Source of the DNA: Planctomycetota bacterium
Lineage (GTDB): Bacteria; Planctomycetota; UBA1135; UBA2386
Direction of reading: 5' to 3'
DNA: 64,000 nt
Assembly: GCA_016793265.1 (NCBI GenBank)
Contig: JAEUHT010000166.1
Coordinates: 7,699-71,698, forward strand
Part shown: positions 52,874 to 63,593 of the stretch, one piece after another
Numbering within the stretch: the stretch's first letter is position 1
Layout: each line of letters starts with the position of its first letter
Notes under the pieces: model-generated
Database searches by the model: none
What the model was told of the DNA's origin: nothing
The model's input: only the letters and a program-made list of their open reading frames with translations
Position numbers and translations under genes: made by a program

Positions 52874-53524
52874 ATGGCGTCCCTCCCTGACCCTCGCCCC
52901 GAGCGTCCTGACGAGGCCGCCGCACTGTTGCGGGCGTGGTTCGAGCGCCGCGAGAGGTCGGCGCTGGATCGGCTGTTGGCCGAGAACATGGATTACCTGC
53001 GTCGGTATGCGAGCGGCAAGCTGCACGACAACGTGCGTGCCAAGGAAGACACCGGCGACGTCGTGCAGGACGCCGTGATCGAGTTCCTGCGTTACTCGCC
53101 ATCGTTCGTGGTGGCGACCACGGCCCAGCTGCGTGGTCTGTTGTGCCGGATCGTCGATGGGGTGCTCGCTGGTCACCACCGTTGGTTCCAACGGCTGCGC
53201 CGGCAGGTGGCGAAGGAGAAGCCGCTGCCGGCAGGGACATCGGTCGTACTGCAGCCGTTCGTGGCTCGCGACCCGACACCGAGCGCCGCGGTCAGCGGTG
53301 GCGAACGTGAGGCCGCGGTGCGGCTCGCGATCGCCACCCTCGAACCACTCGATCAGCGCATCGTCATGATGCGGGTCTGGCAGGAGATGCCGTTTCCGGC
53401 CATCGGCGCCGAGATCGGTATGAAGGAGGATTCGGTGCGTGTGCGCTGCAACCGGGCCATCTCCAAGCTGTCCAAGAAGCTGCTGGCGGCGCAGAGCGGC
53501 GACTTCGACGGCTTCCTCGCCTGA
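52874..53524 (+). CDS. ECF-type sigma-70 family factor
   Basis: ATG at 52874. Region 2-like DVVQDAVIEFLRY. Region 4 HTH MPFPAIGAEIGMKEDSVRVRCNRAISKL. No anti-sigma gene follows. Confidence 0.8.
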   Translation: MASLPDPRPERPDEAAALLRAWFERRERSALDRLLAENMDYLRRYASGKLHDNVRAKEDTGDVVQDAVIEFLRYSPSFVVATTAQLRGLLCRIVDGVLAGHHRWFQRLRRQVAKEKPLPAGTSVVLQPFVARDPTPSAAVSGGEREAAVRLAIATLEPLDQRIVMMRVWQEMPFPAIGAEIGMKEDSVRVRCNRAISKLSKKLLAAQSGDFDGFLA

Positions 53525-53537
53525 CGTCGAGCCGGCG

Positions 53538-55565
53538 TCAGCAGTAGGTGCGCCAGATGAAGACGGGCGGACCGCCGTCGCCGGGATGGAACCACAGTTC
53601 GACCCAGAGGAACTCGCTGGTGGTGTCCGTCATCGTGTCCTTCTCATAGAGAGTGCTGTCGCGACCGTCGTAGGCGTAGCTGTTCAGGGGCTTGCTCAGC
53701 TTGCCGCCAGGCAGGCGATAGTGCATGGCGAAGGTGCCCGTCGGGTGGGCGCCAGAACTCGGCAGCGGCGGCAGCTTGACGTTGACCTCGAAGCGATGGT
53801 CCTTGTCGTCGAACACGCCGACGGTCTTCGTGTCGCCGCCGAACAACGGCACACTCGACAGCGCGGTGAGACCCAGCGAGCCGAGGTCGCTGCTCGAGAA
53901 CGGCAAACCGGTGGACGGGTCGAGCCCGAAGCCCTGCTCGGCCAGCTCGATGGTCGAGAAGCCGGCCGGGATGTTGATCGTGATGCAGGCGGTGCCGGCC
54001 GCATCGCAGATGGCGACCGCGGTAGTCAGCACCGAGCTCAACAGCAGCGGGCCGGTGAACAGGGCCGGCAGGCTGACGCCGGCGGAGGGTGGCGTCGCCG
54101 AGAAGGCGAACAGGGCGATGCCGAAGGGAGGGCCGTTCTTGACGCAGACCGTCACCGTGGTGCCGCTGGCATCGACGTGCTGCTCGATGTCGACGAAGGA
54201 CTGGCCCGGGGTCTCCGCCGCGATGTTGGCGACCATGGTGGTGCCAGCCCCTGTGCCGTCGGTTGCCCACAACTCGGTGCCGTGGGTCGCGTCCTCGGCG
54301 CTGAAGAAGACCGGGGAGGCCGCGAACAGGTTGGTGTTGCGCACGAGGTTGCTCGGGCCGCTGCGGAACGCCGCGACCGGCGAGGCTCCCGCTGCCGACG
54401 CGTCGGTGACCCACAAGGAGCCCTTCGTATCGGTGAACACCATCTGGCCGGCGGTCAGGGTGCTCGTGAGCTGTTGCGGTTCTGACCCCGCGGGCAAGGA
54501 GGTCCGCAGCGTGGGCGCGGTGGCGGCGGCCGTGGTGGTCCAGAGCTGTCGGTTCGCGGGTGCGTTCTCCGCCACGAACCAGATGTCGGTCACCGCCTTG
54601 ACCACGATGTCGTCGGGGTTCGAACTGTCGGGGCCCGGTGCGAGGTCGGCGACCATCACCGTGCCGGCGGTCGTGCCGTCGCTGGTCCACAGCTCGCGCC
54701 CGTTCGTGGTGGTCGTCGCGGCGAAGAAGCTGCGCAGCAGCCACGTGACGGGGCCCGGCGCACTGCCGAGCAAGCCGGGCTCGATGTCCTTGACGAGCAC
54801 CGTACCGGCGAGTGTGCCATTGCTGCGCCATGGTTCGGCGCCGTGGGTGCCGTCGTCGGCGACGAACAGCAGGTACGGCGGCGCCGAGACGAGGTTGCGC
54901 GGCCCTGAACCCTGGCCGCCGGGCCGGATGTCCTTGAGCATCGTGGTGCCGGCGCCCGTGCCGTCGCTTCGCCACAGCTCCCTGCCGTTGCTGCCATCGT
55001 TGGCGGTGAAGTACAGGGTGCCCGCGGACTCGCAGAGCTGCGCGGGCGCCGAATCCCCGGCGCCGGTCACGATGTCCTTGACGAGTGTGGTGGTCGTGCC
55101 GTCGTAGGACCACAGCTCCTCGCCGTGGCTGCCGTCGTTGGCGACGAAGAACAGGCGAGAGCCGACCACCGTCAGGGAGTGTGGGTAGGAGCTGGTGGCG
55201 GTGTTGATGTCGAGCACCATCGTGGTCCCTGCCACGGTGCCGTTGCTGCGCCAGAGTTCGACGCCGTGTGTGCCATCGTTGGCGACGAGGACATAGCCGC
55301 CGAGGAACACGGTCAGCTCGCGCGGGTGCGAACCGGTTCCACCGGGCGCGATGTCCCGCGCGAGCACCACGGTGTTCGTGCCTTGGTCGAGACGCCAAAG
55401 CTCCATGCCGACGATGTGGTCGTTGGCGCTGAACAGCGCGTAGCCGAGGCCGGTAGCCGAGCAGAAGCCGCCGGCGTTCGAGCACCCGGGCAGGTGCTGC
55501 GCGCGGGTGGACGCCACGGTCAGCAGCAGCGTCGCCGCGATCGTCGAGTGGAAGCGTGTGTTCAT
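53538..55565 (-). CDS. Secreted ELWxxDG-repeat protein (beta-propeller-like)
   Basis: ATG at 55565 with a signal peptide. About nine repeats of the type DG.HG.ELW.SDGT.AGT. The start lies 17 bp downstream of the kinase stop. Confidence 0.85.
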   Translation of the reverse strand: MNTRFHSTIAATLLLTVASTRAQHLPGCSNAGGFCSATGLGYALFSANDHIVGMELWRLDQGTNTVVLARDIAPGGTGSHPRELTVFLGGYVLVANDGTHGVELWRSNGTVAGTTMVLDINTATSSYPHSLTVVGSRLFFVANDGSHGEELWSYDGTTTTLVKDIVTGAGDSAPAQLCESAGTLYFTANDGSNGRELWRSDGTGAGTTMLKDIRPGGQGSGPRNLVSAPPYLLFVADDGTHGAEPWRSNGTLAGTVLVKDIEPGLLGSAPGPVTWLLRSFFAATTTTNGRELWTSDGTTAGTVMVADLAPGPDSSNPDDIVVKAVTDIWFVAENAPANRQLWTTTAAATAPTLRTSLPAGSEPQQLTSTLTAGQMVFTDTKGSLWVTDASAAGASPVAAFRSGPSNLVRNTNLFAASPVFFSAEDATHGTELWATDGTGAGTTMVANIAAETPGQSFVDIEQHVDASGTTVTVCVKNGPPFGIALFAFSATPPSAGVSLPALFTGPLLLSSVLTTAVAICDAAGTACITINIPAGFSTIELAEQGFGLDPSTGLPFSSSDLGSLGLTALSSVPLFGGDTKTVGVFDDKDHRFEVNVKLPPLPSSGAHPTGTFAMHYRLPGGKLSKPLNSYAYDGRDSTLYEKDTMTDTTSEFLWVELWFHPGDGGPPVFIWRTYC

Positions 55566-55582
55566 GGTGTCAGGCCAGCAGG

Positions 55583-58294
55583 TCAGTGAGTCGTCAATGG
55601 TCGGGCTGGGCGCAGGCCGATGGTGTCCTTCTGGTCCATCGCGTACGAGTTGTTGCGCATGCTGCTGCGCGCCAGCTGCGCGTCGCCGTTGTAGGCGCCG
55701 CCGCGGATCGAGCGCTGCAGGCCGTTCGAGGCGCCGGAGCGCAGCCCGTCCCCGTCGCGGCTCTTCGACTCGTCGGCGAACGGATCGGCGCACCACTCCT
55801 CGACGTTGCCGTGCATGTGGTGCAGGCCCCAGGGGTTGGCCGCGCCCGAGTAGACCGGCCAGCGGTCGTAGTCCTGGCGCGCCACGGCGACCCGTTCCTG
55901 ATCGCGCAGGGAGCTCGCCTCCTTGCCCGTCCACCAAGGGGTGTCGGTCCGGGCCCGACAGGCGTGTTCCCACTGGGTCTCCGTCGGCATGGCGAGACCG
56001 TTGGCGCGGCACAGCCGGTTGCAGTCGGTCCAGGTCACCCGCGTGATCGGCTTCACCCCGAAGCCGGGACGGCCTTCCACCCAGGCAGCCTGGTGGTGGA
56101 TCCCGAGGCCGGTGGCGAGTCGGGTCCATTGCGCGTGGCTGAGTTCGAATTTGGCGAGCAAGAACGCATCGAGGTGCACGACCTGCGGCGGGTACTCGTT
56201 GCGTTGCGTCGCCCGGTCGAAGTGCGCGGCCGAGCTGTCGACCGGCTGGCTGCCGACGATCGTCTCGCCGCCGGGGATGAGCACGAAGACGATCGCCGAG
56301 TCCTCGTCGAGCTGCAGCTTGCCGTCGCGGTCACGTTGCGGCACCTCTCCGGACAGCTCGTGGGCGAACTCGAGCAGCCCCGACTGCGGGTCCGCGCCAA
56401 GAGGCACCAGCCACGGCTGCGGCACCAGGTCCAGGCCCTGGTAGGCGGGGACGCGCCGAGCCTGGTCGGCGGCGGCCTGCCACGCGGTGGCGCGTGCCGC
56501 CGACAGCGGCCCGCCAGCCGCAGCTGCGCGCGCGGCCCGCGTGCGCAGTTCGGGAAGCTGCGCGCACTGGAGCCACTCGATTTCGGCGATCATGTCCTCG
56601 ACGGTGTCGTGCAGGTACTCACTCTCCTGGTCCACGAAGGCGAAGTGGCGCCGGTCCTGCACCAGCGCGTCGAGCCGCGCGGCTTCGGCCTCCATCGTCG
56701 CCAGCCGCTGCGCCACCTGCGCGTCCCATTCCGGAGTCGACAGCTCCTCGTCTTGCAGGCGCTGCAGACGGGCGGCGATCAGTTTGCCATCGCGACGCAA
56801 CTGTTGCAGCGGCTCCACCGCCGGATGCTCGGCGAGCAGCCGGCTCGATGGCGGGGCCGCCTCCGGGACTGCGGACCGGCGCAGTTCGTCGCGCACCACC
56901 CGCAGCGCCGGCAGCTCAGTGACCAGGTGCTCACCCATCGCGACGACGGCGCCGAGCTGCGCCGCGTGTTCCGGCATCGGCCCCTCTGCATCGAGCAGCG
57001 CGCGCTTGAACAACCTGACGTCACGCTCGACCTTCATGCTCCGGAACTGCACGAGGCGTTCGCTGGCGAGGTCGCCCTGGCGCTGCAGGTCGAGCGCCAG
57101 CAGCGTCACCACGGCGAGGCCGGCGCAGGCGGTGGTCAGGAACGCCGCCGCGACCGGGTTGCGGCGGCACCAGCGCCAGCTGCGCGCCGTCCGGCTGAGC
57201 GTGCGCGCCAACACCGGCCGCCCGTCGCGCCAGCGGCGCAGGTCGTCGGCGAATGCGGCCGCCGACGGGTAGCGCTTCGCCGGGTCCTTCTCCAGCGCCT
57301 GCAGCACGATGGCATCGAGGTCGCGTGAGATGGTGCTGTCGAACCGCGATGGTGCCGGCGGGTCGTACCGCTCGATGCGCTCGCGCACCTCGCCGACGGT
57401 GTCCGCGTCGAACGGTCGCGCCAGCGTCAGCGATTCGTAGAGGGTCGCACCCAGCGAGAAGAGGTCGGTGCGGTGGTCGATCGCGTCGGGCTGGCCGCGC
57501 AGCTGCTCGGGCGAGCAGTAGCTCGGGGTGCCGGCGAAGTCGCCGGTGCGGGTCACCGTGATGGCGTCGTCGCCGCGGGCGATGCCGAAGTCGCTGAGCT
57601 TCGCCGTGCCATCGGCGCGCACCAGCACGTTGCCGGGCTTGACGTCGCGGTGCACGACGCCGGCCGCGTGGGCACAAGCCAGGGCGTCGGCGATCTGGAT
57701 CACGAGGTCGACGGCGAGGTCGATGCGGCGCGGCAGCGGTGCATGTGGCTGCGCCGTGCGGGTGGTGACGAGCGGGGCCAGGAACGCGTCCGCGCTGCGC
57801 GACCGCGGCGGCAACGACCGCAGGTGCTGGAGCAGCGTCGACAGCGGCAGGCCGTCGACCAGCTCCATCGCGAACCAGTGCTGGCCGTCGTGCTCGCCGC
57901 TGCCGAAGACCCTGGTGATCGCCGGGTGATCGAGGCTCGCGGCCAGGCGTGCCTCGCGCCGGAAGCGAGCCACGGCCCGCGCATCCAGCGTGGCATGGGG
58001 AGGCAGCAGCTTCAGCGCGACGCGCCGGCCCAAGGAGAGCTGTTCGGCGGCCCAAACCACTCCCATGGCGCCGCGACCCAGTTCGTGTTCGATCCGGAAG
58101 TCACCGAAGATGGGTGGCTCCACCGACGCGTCCACGGGCGGCTCGTCGCCAAGCAGCGGCTCGAGCAGATCGCGCAGGTCCGAGTTCTGCTCGAGCAGTT
58201 GCTCGGCGTTGTTGCCACCCTCGGCCAGGAACCGGTGGTGGATCTCGATGGCCCGTAGCAACCGGTCGCCGGCATCACGAGGTGGGGTGTTCAT
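55583..58294 (-). CDS. Transmembrane Ser/Thr protein kinase with a C-terminal FGE/SUMF1-like (formylglycine-generating-enzyme fold) ectodomain
   Basis: ATG at 58294. Kinase motifs GRGAMGVVWAA, VALKLL, HRDVKPGNVL, DFGIA, GTPSYCSPEQ. TM segment AAAFLTTACAGLAVVTLLAL. FGE-like blocks RVTWTDCNRLC..MPTETQWEHACRA, NPWGLHHMHGNVEEW and IRGGAY. Confidence 0.9.
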   Translation of the reverse strand: MNTPPRDAGDRLLRAIEIHHRFLAEGGNNAEQLLEQNSDLRDLLEPLLGDEPPVDASVEPPIFGDFRIEHELGRGAMGVVWAAEQLSLGRRVALKLLPPHATLDARAVARFRREARLAASLDHPAITRVFGSGEHDGQHWFAMELVDGLPLSTLLQHLRSLPPRSRSADAFLAPLVTTRTAQPHAPLPRRIDLAVDLVIQIADALACAHAAGVVHRDVKPGNVLVRADGTAKLSDFGIARGDDAITVTRTGDFAGTPSYCSPEQLRGQPDAIDHRTDLFSLGATLYESLTLARPFDADTVGEVRERIERYDPPAPSRFDSTISRDLDAIVLQALEKDPAKRYPSAAAFADDLRRWRDGRPVLARTLSRTARSWRWCRRNPVAAAFLTTACAGLAVVTLLALDLQRQGDLASERLVQFRSMKVERDVRLFKRALLDAEGPMPEHAAQLGAVVAMGEHLVTELPALRVVRDELRRSAVPEAAPPSSRLLAEHPAVEPLQQLRRDGKLIAARLQRLQDEELSTPEWDAQVAQRLATMEAEAARLDALVQDRRHFAFVDQESEYLHDTVEDMIAEIEWLQCAQLPELRTRAARAAAAGGPLSAARATAWQAAADQARRVPAYQGLDLVPQPWLVPLGADPQSGLLEFAHELSGEVPQRDRDGKLQLDEDSAIVFVLIPGGETIVGSQPVDSSAAHFDRATQRNEYPPQVVHLDAFLLAKFELSHAQWTRLATGLGIHHQAAWVEGRPGFGVKPITRVTWTDCNRLCRANGLAMPTETQWEHACRARTDTPWWTGKEASSLRDQERVAVARQDYDRWPVYSGAANPWGLHHMHGNVEEWCADPFADESKSRDGDGLRSGASNGLQRSIRGGAYNGDAQLARSSMRNNSYAMDQKDTIGLRPARPLTTH

Positions 58295-58452
58295 CGGGCG
58301 AGTCCAGGGCGGTTCGACGTTGGCCTGGCGGGTTGGGTTCGTCCCGGGGAATTGCCGGTCGGCGAGGCGACCGGACAGTATGCCCAGGAATCCCGGGCGC
58401 GGTTGGTGGGGAGGCGCCCGGTGGCTGGCGGTCGCCACCGGGGAGTCCGCCT

Positions 58453-61400
58453 TCAGCTGCCGATGCGCACCTGCAGACCATTGCTGGTCACGATGCCGGC
58501 GGGGTTGAGCGTGCCGGCCATCACCAACCCGACCACCTGGGCGTAGATCGTCGTGCCCGCAGACACCCCGGCGGGGAGCACGAACGGCAGCGACAAGGTC
58601 GGCGTGGTGCCGATCATCGTCAGCGTCAGGTCGAGGCTGCCGACGCTCAGCGCGCAGCCCGGCGCACCGAGGAAGCCGAGGTCGAGCCCAGGGCCAGGCA
58701 TCGAGCTCGTGCTGAGCACGAGCAGGCCGAGATGCAGGCCCGAACCCGGCACCGCTGCCGGCACATTCTCCGCGGTCAGCGTCATGGTCGTGCCGGCGAC
58801 CGGCGACGTCGCCGTGAGGTGCAGCGGGAACATCCCGGTGCCGGTCGGCGTGCCGGCGAGCGTGGTCAGGTCGACGTTGCCGCCGTCGACCGACGCGCCG
58901 CCCGGCGAGTAGCCGACGAGGTAGCCGGAGCCGAACGCGCTCGTGCCGTTGGCGTCGATGGTCGGCCAGACGATCGTCACGTCGCCGGTCGAGAGGTCGA
59001 ACTGGAACTGCTGCCAGGTCGGATTCTGGACGCCGTTCGGGTAGCTCTCGACGCCCATCCAGGTCACCAAGGCGAGGTTGCCGACGGACTCGAAGGTGAT
59101 CGCGCCGCTGCCGGGCTCGGACTGGTTGAAGTCGTGCCACGACCAGAAGCCAGTGCCGGGGGCCGCCAACATCACCGTGGGGCTTGGCGTGTAGTCGTCC
59201 GGCGTCAGCGTGTAGGTGTTGTCGTCGAACCAGACGTTGCCGTTGCTGTGCACGTGGAGTGAGCTGGCGATGCCGCCTGGGTACGGCAGCGGCGACGGCA
59301 ACATGACCACGACGGTGCCGTCGTCGGCGTTCGGCACGAACCCGGTCAGCGGCGTGGCCGCGCCGCTCGGCGCCACGAAGGTGCCGCCGCCCCAGATCGC
59401 CAGGTAGTCGCCGCCCGCGAACACGAACCGCAGGGACTGGCCCGACAGTACGCTCGCTGCTGCGGCAGCGTCGGCGAAGTGCGAGTAGAGGGAATCGGTC
59501 TTCGCATAGCAGCCGGTGCCGTAGCTCGTCACGGCGCCCGGATGCTGCGGGACCGAGGCGACTTCGAAGGCGAAGCCGCCCTGCAGCGCGCGGTTGGCTT
59601 GCACCGCCCCGAACGGCCAGTTGGTGATCATCGCGCCGCATTGCATCACGAAGTCGCCGGCATCGAACACGAGGTTCGCCGGGGCAGCGGGGGTGGCGTC
59701 GAGCGAGACGCCGACGCCGCGCAACAGCAGCGCGCTGGTGCCGGCCGGCAATACGACCGGTGCGCTGAGCACGACCGAAGTCTCGTTGCCGGGTCCTGCC
59801 GCGATGACGTTGCCCGAACCGACCAGCGTCCAGGCCGCCGGGTTGGACTCGATGCCGACGAACGACGTCCCGAGCGCCGCGTAGACCTCGAGCGTGCCCG
59901 CGGTGCCCAGCGGCTCCCCGAAGTGGACCTCGAACACCTCGAAGCGCATCGGCTGCAACAGGCTCAGGTCGAACGCGACGGCAGTGTTCGCGCCGGTCAA
60001 CGCGCCCCCGGGCAGACCGGTGCTGAACCACTTGCCGAGCTTGCCATTCGTGCTCAGGCGTTCGGCGAGCATCGCGCTGGGGTAGGCGTTGGTGTCGGCG
60101 AAGTCGTAGTTGTCGCCCCAGGCGACCATGAAGCCCGCCGTGGTGCCGGTGCGGGCGTGCACGTGGGGCCAGCGCGGAGCAACGGCGCCGAACTGGATCG
60201 AGCCGTTGTTCGGGTCATTGACCCAGACCTGGTTGCCGTTCCAGGCCGAGGTGCCGTCGGTCTTGAAGGCGATCGCGAGCACGTCGGCGTCGGAGGTCGA
60301 GACGATGCAGACGGTGTTGCCGAGCAGGGCCGAAGCCGCGTCGTCATGCTCTTCGTTGGCGATCGACGCACCACGCACGAAGCGCGTCCAGCCCATGCTC
60401 AGCCCGGCCGACGCGTTGAACTCGATGCAGCGGATGCCCGAGGCCGTCGTCAGGTCGCGATAGGTGAGCAGCGCATGCTGGTTGGGCAACGCCACCATCG
60501 ACAATGCGCGCACCCGGTTCGTGTGGCCGCCTGGCCCGCCACCTTGGCTGGAGTTCCACAGCGGTAGTGTCGTGGCCACGCCGGCCGCGGTCAGGCGCGA
60601 CGCGATCAGCTGGGTGTTGGCCCAGTCGGAGGCGAAGCCATAGACGGCGCCGCCGCTGCCGTCCCGCGCCACGCAGCAGCGGGTGACGGACTCCCGCTGG
60701 GTGAGGCCTTCCTGCTGCCCCGGCACCAGGATCGGCCCGAAGCGGTAGGTGGCTGACGGGGCGGACGATTGCGCCAGCTTGGCCGTCCAGTGCTGCAGCA
60801 GACCACCCTGCCGCTTGTGGTAGGTCACGACGGCTTCGCCGTCGTCGGTGCTGACCACCGTTGGGGGCTCGGCAACGTCGCCGGCCGTGCCGAGGTCGGT
60901 GGCGTCCGCGGGCACTCCCGAAGGGAACCCCGACCAGACCAGGCCGCCGGTGAGGCTCACGCCCTGTTGGAACAGGTGCTCGGCGCCCGTCGACTTGTCC
61001 GTCACCTGCCAGGCGATGATCGCGCCGTCGACGACGCCGGCGTTCGTGCTCGTGCCGATTGCCAGCTTCGAGGCCAACCCAAGCTGCAGGGTCTTCGGGA
61101 AACCCGGCATCAGGTCCAGTTGGTCGGTGTTCGGATTCCAGAACACGCGGGCGACCCGGATGGCATTCGGGGTCGTCGTCAGGCTGCCCTGGTAGGCGAG
61201 CACGTTGTAGGCGACGAAGAACTCGCGCGGCCCCGTCTTGCACGTCGCGCAGTCGCTCATCACGTGCTGCTTCCACCACGGACCGAGCACCCCGGGGTAT
61301 TGCGGATCCTGGATCGCCAGCGAGCTGTCCGGCTCACCTTTGCCGTCGGTGCGCTCGACGTAGATGCCGCCGTGGCCACCGGACAGCACGAATGCGCAGC

Positions 61401-61560
61401 CGTCCAATTCGAGGCGGCAGCGATCACGGGCTGGGATGTCGTGGTTCCAGGTCACGATCGGGTTCGTCTTCCACTGGGCGAGCAGGGCGCCGCTGGTCGC
61501 CAAGGCGATGGTGGCGGTCGCGACGAGGCGGGTGAGGATGGTGTTCTGTGGGCGTGTCAT
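58453..61560 (-). CDS. Large secreted protein (1035 aa), no recognisable family, with C-terminal shared module
   Basis: Full-length track ORF. Signal peptide MTRPQNTILTRLVATATIALATSGALLAQ. Codons are GC3-rich. Confidence 0.75.
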   Translation of the reverse strand: MTRPQNTILTRLVATATIALATSGALLAQWKTNPIVTWNHDIPARDRCRLELDGCAFVLSGGHGGIYVERTDGKGEPDSSLAIQDPQYPGVLGPWWKQHVMSDCATCKTGPREFFVAYNVLAYQGSLTTTPNAIRVARVFWNPNTDQLDLMPGFPKTLQLGLASKLAIGTSTNAGVVDGAIIAWQVTDKSTGAEHLFQQGVSLTGGLVWSGFPSGVPADATDLGTAGDVAEPPTVVSTDDGEAVVTYHKRQGGLLQHWTAKLAQSSAPSATYRFGPILVPGQQEGLTQRESVTRCCVARDGSGGAVYGFASDWANTQLIASRLTAAGVATTLPLWNSSQGGGPGGHTNRVRALSMVALPNQHALLTYRDLTTASGIRCIEFNASAGLSMGWTRFVRGASIANEEHDDAASALLGNTVCIVSTSDADVLAIAFKTDGTSAWNGNQVWVNDPNNGSIQFGAVAPRWPHVHARTGTTAGFMVAWGDNYDFADTNAYPSAMLAERLSTNGKLGKWFSTGLPGGALTGANTAVAFDLSLLQPMRFEVFEVHFGEPLGTAGTLEVYAALGTSFVGIESNPAAWTLVGSGNVIAAGPGNETSVVLSAPVVLPAGTSALLLRGVGVSLDATPAAPANLVFDAGDFVMQCGAMITNWPFGAVQANRALQGGFAFEVASVPQHPGAVTSYGTGCYAKTDSLYSHFADAAAAASVLSGQSLRFVFAGGDYLAIWGGGTFVAPSGAATPLTGFVPNADDGTVVVMLPSPLPYPGGIASSLHVHSNGNVWFDDNTYTLTPDDYTPSPTVMLAAPGTGFWSWHDFNQSEPGSGAITFESVGNLALVTWMGVESYPNGVQNPTWQQFQFDLSTGDVTIVWPTIDANGTSAFGSGYLVGYSPGGASVDGGNVDLTTLAGTPTGTGMFPLHLTATSPVAGTTMTLTAENVPAAVPGSGLHLGLLVLSTSSMPGPGLDLGFLGAPGCALSVGSLDLTLTMIGTTPTLSLPFVLPAGVSAGTTIYAQVVGLVMAGTLNPAGIVTSNGLQVRIGS

Positions 61561-61672
61561 CGGTCGGTCTCTTGGGCGTTGTCACGGCCGGGAAGTGGCC
61601 GCAGTCCCTGATGACCGGATCTGCCCCGGACCGGACGGCAATCTGCTGGAAGTGCTGCGGCCGCGGCGCCGG

Positions 61673-62215
61673 CTACCGGCCGCCGAGCTGCCGGCGCACC
61701 TGGCCGAGGCAGCGGTCGCAGTAGCTGGCGGCCTTCAGGTCGATGCCCTCGACGTAGTTCGAGCTCGCCATCACGCACGAGCTGCGCTGGCAGTGCACGA
61801 GGCCGAACAGGTGCCCGAGTTCGTGCACGGACTCCTTCACCAGCCGCTCGAAGCAGAGGGCCGGGTCCGGCGGCAGGCCGTAGAGCTCGTTCTCGAGCCG
61901 GAACGTGGACACGATCGCGGCGCGGCCGCCGAGCTCGGCTTCGCCGAAGACGAAGGTCAGCACCGGGATGAACAGGTCGACCGCGGTGAGGCCCAGCAAG
62001 CGCGGCGCCTTCGGGTCGGCGTGCTGGAGCAGGCGGGCGAGCAACACCCGGGTGTTGTACTGGCCGCGGTCGACGTCGAACGCGACCTCGGCGTCGAAGG
62101 TCGCTTCGTGCACCACGACTTCGAGCCCGAGCAGCGCCGCCAGCCGCGCGCCGAGCGGGGCGACCAGGCCGGCCTGCTGGCCGCAGAAGATCGGGACGAG
62201 CTGCAGAGACGCCAT
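61673..62215 (-). CDS. Archaemetzincin-like (M54) zinc metallopeptidase
   Basis: HELGHLFGLVHC followed by C..M and CDRC (HExxHxxGxxH plus a Cys4-type second site). 180 aa. Confidence 0.8.
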   Translation of the reverse strand: MASLQLVPIFCGQQAGLVAPLGARLAALLGLEVVVHEATFDAEVAFDVDRGQYNTRVLLARLLQHADPKAPRLLGLTAVDLFIPVLTFVFGEAELGGRAAIVSTFRLENELYGLPPDPALCFERLVKESVHELGHLFGLVHCQRSSCVMASSNYVEGIDLKAASYCDRCLGQVRRQLGGR

Positions 62216-62231
62216 GGCCGGTGTCGGCGAC

Positions 62232-63590
<1,359 letters not shown>

Positions 63591-63593
63591 GAT

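Noticed and set aside
53525-53537. Anti-sigma factor gene downstream of the ECF sigma
   Set aside because: Only 13 bp separate the sigma stop from the stop of the convergent ELWxxDG gene, so there is no room for an anti-sigma ORF.
58295-60031. N-terminal extension of track ORF 55583..60031, which would make a 1482-aa kinase
   Set aside because: The extension is Arg/Gly/Pro-rich and overlaps the well-supported 1035-aa gene in another frame. The kinase N-terminus MNTPPRDAG at 58294 is typical, and a 158-bp spacer follows.
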